Source: Diadema antillarum | Taxonomy: Eukaryota | Assembly (NCBI RefSeq): GCF_040938485.1 | Contig: NW_027271000.1 | Coordinates: forward strand, 2,666,001-2,730,000 | Length of the DNA: 64,000 nucleotides | Direction of reading: 5' to 3' | Shown here: positions 60,378 to 64,000 of the stretch, piece by piece | Layout: every line of letters starts with the position of its first letter | Numbering within the stretch: the stretch's first letter is position 1 | Made by a program: the position numbers and the translations under genes | Notes under the pieces: generated by a model | The model's input: only the letters and a program-made list of their open reading frames with translations | What the model was told of the DNA's origin: nothing | Database searches by the model: none

Positions 60378-63300
60378 ATGGTAGTGGTGTTTGCCGTGAC
60401 ATCAAAGCCATGGAAGAGAGACCTCAGGCTGCAGGTTGTCCTTGTGAATCTGAAGAAGAGGTCAGATCATCTGAACATAGGAACCATGCATCAAAGTGAA
60501 AGGTCAGTTATTATATGGGGGGAAAACTCATATATTGCAACAAAAATGGCAATAGTGTTTTTATTGTTTACTACAACTACTTAATCACAGTCCAAACAGA
60601 TAAATCACAGCGGCTTGCTAAACACATCTTCAACTGTCAAAGGCCAAACATTTTATTAGCGTGGTAACACGCACTAAGAGAAAAGATAAAGATTGGTAAC
60701 TACTATAGTAATATACGGCAATAGACAAAATTGAAATTGTGATCTACATGTATCTAGTGCAATGACAAATTACTATTTTTTGCCAGACTTGGTTTTCTGG
60801 AAACCTGTATTTAATGCCTATCTAGGAGGAATTATAGCTGTAAGGATATTGATTTGAGTCAAGTTAAAAGCAAGATAGTCAACAACAAGTTTGAACAATA
60901 TTAGAGAATTTGGGAGATGAATTACCTGCACTCTACTAATGATGATTGTGAGTCACAAGAGATCAGGGCTACCTTTCAGGTTGTAAGCATTTTTTACCTA
61001 CCACAAACTCTTTTATGTTTTGTTTTGTTTTGTGTGGCTTGGTTTGTTTTTGTTTCAGAGCAATTTCTTGGCAACCTTGTTATAGCAAAGGTTTTAAAGT
61101 CCCAAAAGGAACACACAACTACCACCTTTATATTGGGACTGATGCAGAACTGAAGAAGTTTCTTGAGACTCCAGAGAAAGCTGGGTACCAGTTATCATCT
61201 GTGACAAAGAATCAAGAAGAAACAGTCGAAAGTTTACAGACGGAATCTCAGGAACTCATGATGGGTGATTGCCTTCCTGAGGCTGACAGGCTTCTCATGA
61301 CGTCCACAGCAAGCCCCAGCTCCAAGACACAGGGCAAGGCAGGCATTGATGAGATAACACCACAGGTATATACTATCCTGCATAGTGTACATGACATAGT
61401 TGTTTGAAACCATCTTTGCTTATGGAGCAAATAACCATTATAATCATTAGATGGTAGGATTTTGACAGTTAAGAATTCTATCACTTTACACAATGTACTT
61501 CAAGAATGTTTGTCCTCTGGTTTGTCATGTAACCTGATGATGCATTAATATCCTTACCAGATGCAGCATGAAAACCTCCATGATTATGTTTCATTTGCTT
61601 CTATGTCTTAAAAAAAAAGTTGTGTGCAGTATAGAAGGATTGTTATTACTTTATCAGCTATAGTGCTGATAGGACATTTTGTATGAATCATTCTAACATT
61701 GTTACTTTGTTGCTAATCTCAGGGTGGTATAAACGTTGAAGTCAGGAGTATTTTGTTCATGTATACAAAGTTTTTGACTGAGGCAGGCCTCAAAGCCTCA
61801 CATCAAATATCCTCTGCTTTCAAACTCCAATCTCAAGTATTGCTTGGTCCAGGTCCTCTTGTAGAAAGCATGTTTGCCTATTTGTCCCTGCAACTGCTCT
61901 CTTAACCCAATAGGAGTTTCGGTATTTATGCTGCAGCTTTTATGTTTGCAGTACCAGTACGTGTTCTACAATAATGTAAAACTGTATGTAATTGCATGTT
62001 TAATTAGTGTTATGGTGGGCTCATAGTTGAGGGACAAACACTTGCCATACCATGTTGACATCATTTTATGTGCTCCTTTAGCTGCAGATACAGACAACGC
62101 TCAGTACACCACCACACCTTTCACACTCGGCCAGCAAGAAACGGAAAGCCAGCCTGGGAGAAGGCAACACCTCAACACCTCCCTCCAGAAAGCGGCAGTC
62201 GATCAGACAGAAGTCCTCTGTTTCATCGCCCCTGTCTTCAAAGACTGAAAACAGTAGAGGGCAGCAGATTCAGGCCACTGCTGCCCGGCAGGCATCCTCT
62301 GCAAAGAGGGACAGTAGTGACTCAGGTAAACTCAAACAAGTACATGGGTACCTACTCGGCAAAGGCAGCCTTTAGTATGGTTAGAGCGATCTTGACCTAG
62401 CGGTCAAGATGTACCACTTTCAGGAGAGGAGGTGGTGCATATTACCCAGAGGGCCCACCATCCATCTAGTAGTTAGATATCCAAGTTTGATGTCAGCTTG
62501 ATAGCATGCCAGGAGCTTACTTTAACAAAAACATATCCATCATCTATTGTAGAACAGAAAATGGCAGCTTCATAAGAAGTCTTTACTGACATTTTGATAT
62601 TGGCATAGCATGCATCAAATATGATGCAATAACAGTAGCTCAATATACACAATTTGTTATCAAGTGACTATGTTGTTAGTTTGCTGATGGAGTCTTTGCT
62701 CAAATAGACCACATCAAGATGGCAGACTACATTGTAATAGGCTGTGTATTTTGACAATTACCTTAGCAGTGTTTTGTTTTCCCTTCCATTTTTTGTTTTG
62801 TTTAGTTCTGCTACCTGTGCAGATTATCCTTTGCTGTGATGAATAGCATTTGAAAGAAAGAACTATGAGCTTATAATGATGATAGTAAGTAACTTTTATA
62901 TAGTGTTTAACACAAAAGTTTCTAAGCACTTAGGAGCCAAGGACTATGGCTTGCAAGCTTCTAATTCATCAGTGCCTGTTTTGACAGGACCTAGTGCCCG
63001 CTGGGGTCACACCCTTTGTTCCATTGGAAGCAGCAAGAAGAGTCTCTTGATTGGTGGACAAGGCCATGGGCAGGTCATTAGCAGAGATACCATCTGGATG
63101 CTGGACACAGGTATGTACCTCTGCTCTGTTTGCACATTGATATATTTGAAGTAAACTAACTGAGTGTAGATTGATTGGTAGTGAGATTCTCAAAAGCAAT
63201 TTATTGTTTTCTGGTTACACAGTTGGGTCAAAAGAGCAATGCTAACAATGTTTTCATTCTCCGCTATCAAAGCTTGATTGCCCTCGTAGCTATTGTATCA

Positions 63301-63910
63301 GCTGCTAGATTCAAATGAAATCTTGTATATAGCCAGTGTGTGTGACTTGACAAATACGTTTTACAAGTGTATTTTCTTCATCCACTAAGATGACTTTTTT
63401 TGTTTAATAGCTGCTGTACAGTAGACATATCCATCAACTTTGTGATCGTCAAATGTTACAATGCCTGTAGCGTTTTCTTTGTTAGATTTATGTGTGTTTT
63501 GGCTTTTTTGTTTGCTTGTATCATTGATGAAGAGGAGCTGGTCTTAGCTATATCTCCACTGCTTGTTTGGCAACAAAGATCACTGCATACACATTGTTTT
63601 GTTGTATGTATCTATAGCAGCATTCCAAACCAAACAGGTGAGTAAACAACACTTGGTATATGCTCCTCAGATGTTTAATGCCTTCATTCCACCAGACTAC
63701 ACTTACTTTTTTTTGTTCGCAGAGAACGGTGACTGGAGCAGTCCACCTACAATGGAGGGGTCTGCCAAATTACCACCACGGATGGGTCACACCGCAACCT
63801 TTGACGCACAGGCTAAGCGTGTGTATGTCTATGGAGGTTCCAAGAATCTCCGCTGGTTTAGTGACATGCATGTTCTGGACCTTGAAACTTGGAACTGGTC
63901 ACATGTGGAG
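60378..63910 (+). CDS. Kelch-repeat (beta-propeller) protein, 5' part only; coding exons 60378-60502, 61059-61365, 62082-62325, 62988-63110, 63723-63910; continues past window
   Basis: Five GT-AG exons splice in frame (phases 2,0,1,1,0). The last two encode kelch repeats GPSARWGHTLC...LLIGGQG...IWMLD and PPRMGHTATF...VYVYGGSKNLRWFSDMHVLDLETWNW (HCF/RABEPK/KLHDC-type). The orthologue cannot be named without a search. Confidence 0.88.
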
Positions 63911-63952
63911 GTAAGCATGTTTAAAGCTTGGAGGTAAGCATGTTTAAAGCTT
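63907..63952 (+). repeat. Perfect 23-bp tandem duplication of a kelch-gene donor site
   Basis: GGAGGTAAGCATGTTTAAAGCTT x2. Confidence 0.95.
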
Positions 63953-64000
63953 AGAGTCAATGCTTACCCCACTCCCATCTTCATTCCTACTATTCATTTT

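Noticed and set aside
62076-62090. Tandem acceptors TAG|CTGCAG| 6 nt apart in the kelch gene
   Set aside because: An in-frame two-residue difference in a low-complexity linker is trivial.

Overview
Eukaryotic, AT-rich, intron-rich genomic DNA. Gene structure and repeat content suggest an invertebrate deuterostome, probably a sea urchin (inference). Four genes can be supported by hand splicing. (1) A minus-strand exon encodes a signal peptide plus a complete 12-Cys IGFBP (IB) domain (16326-16593); its C-terminus is unresolved. (2) GEMIN6 is on the + strand with 2 coding exons and 185 aa. (3) DHX57 is on the - strand with 25 coding exons, about 1426 aa, all phases consistent. (4) A kelch-repeat protein gene on the + strand is divergent from DHX57 and runs off the right end. 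The rest is intergenic or intronic DNA dense in non-autonomous elements: Helentron-type (HINE/pearl-like) elements, TTAA fold-back MITEs, TA-flanked MITEs, hAT-like MITEs, a Crypton-like hairpin, a LINE 3' fragment and a decayed tRNA-SINE. There is one 157-N assembly gap. No rRNA, tRNA or CRISPR was found. The most notable points are the GEMIN6><DHX57 adjacency shared with human 2p22, a possible single-IB-domain secreted protein, a candidate tiny secreted Pro/Arg-rich peptide gene, and two independent duplications of 5' splice sites. I found no clearly novel multi-gene system.
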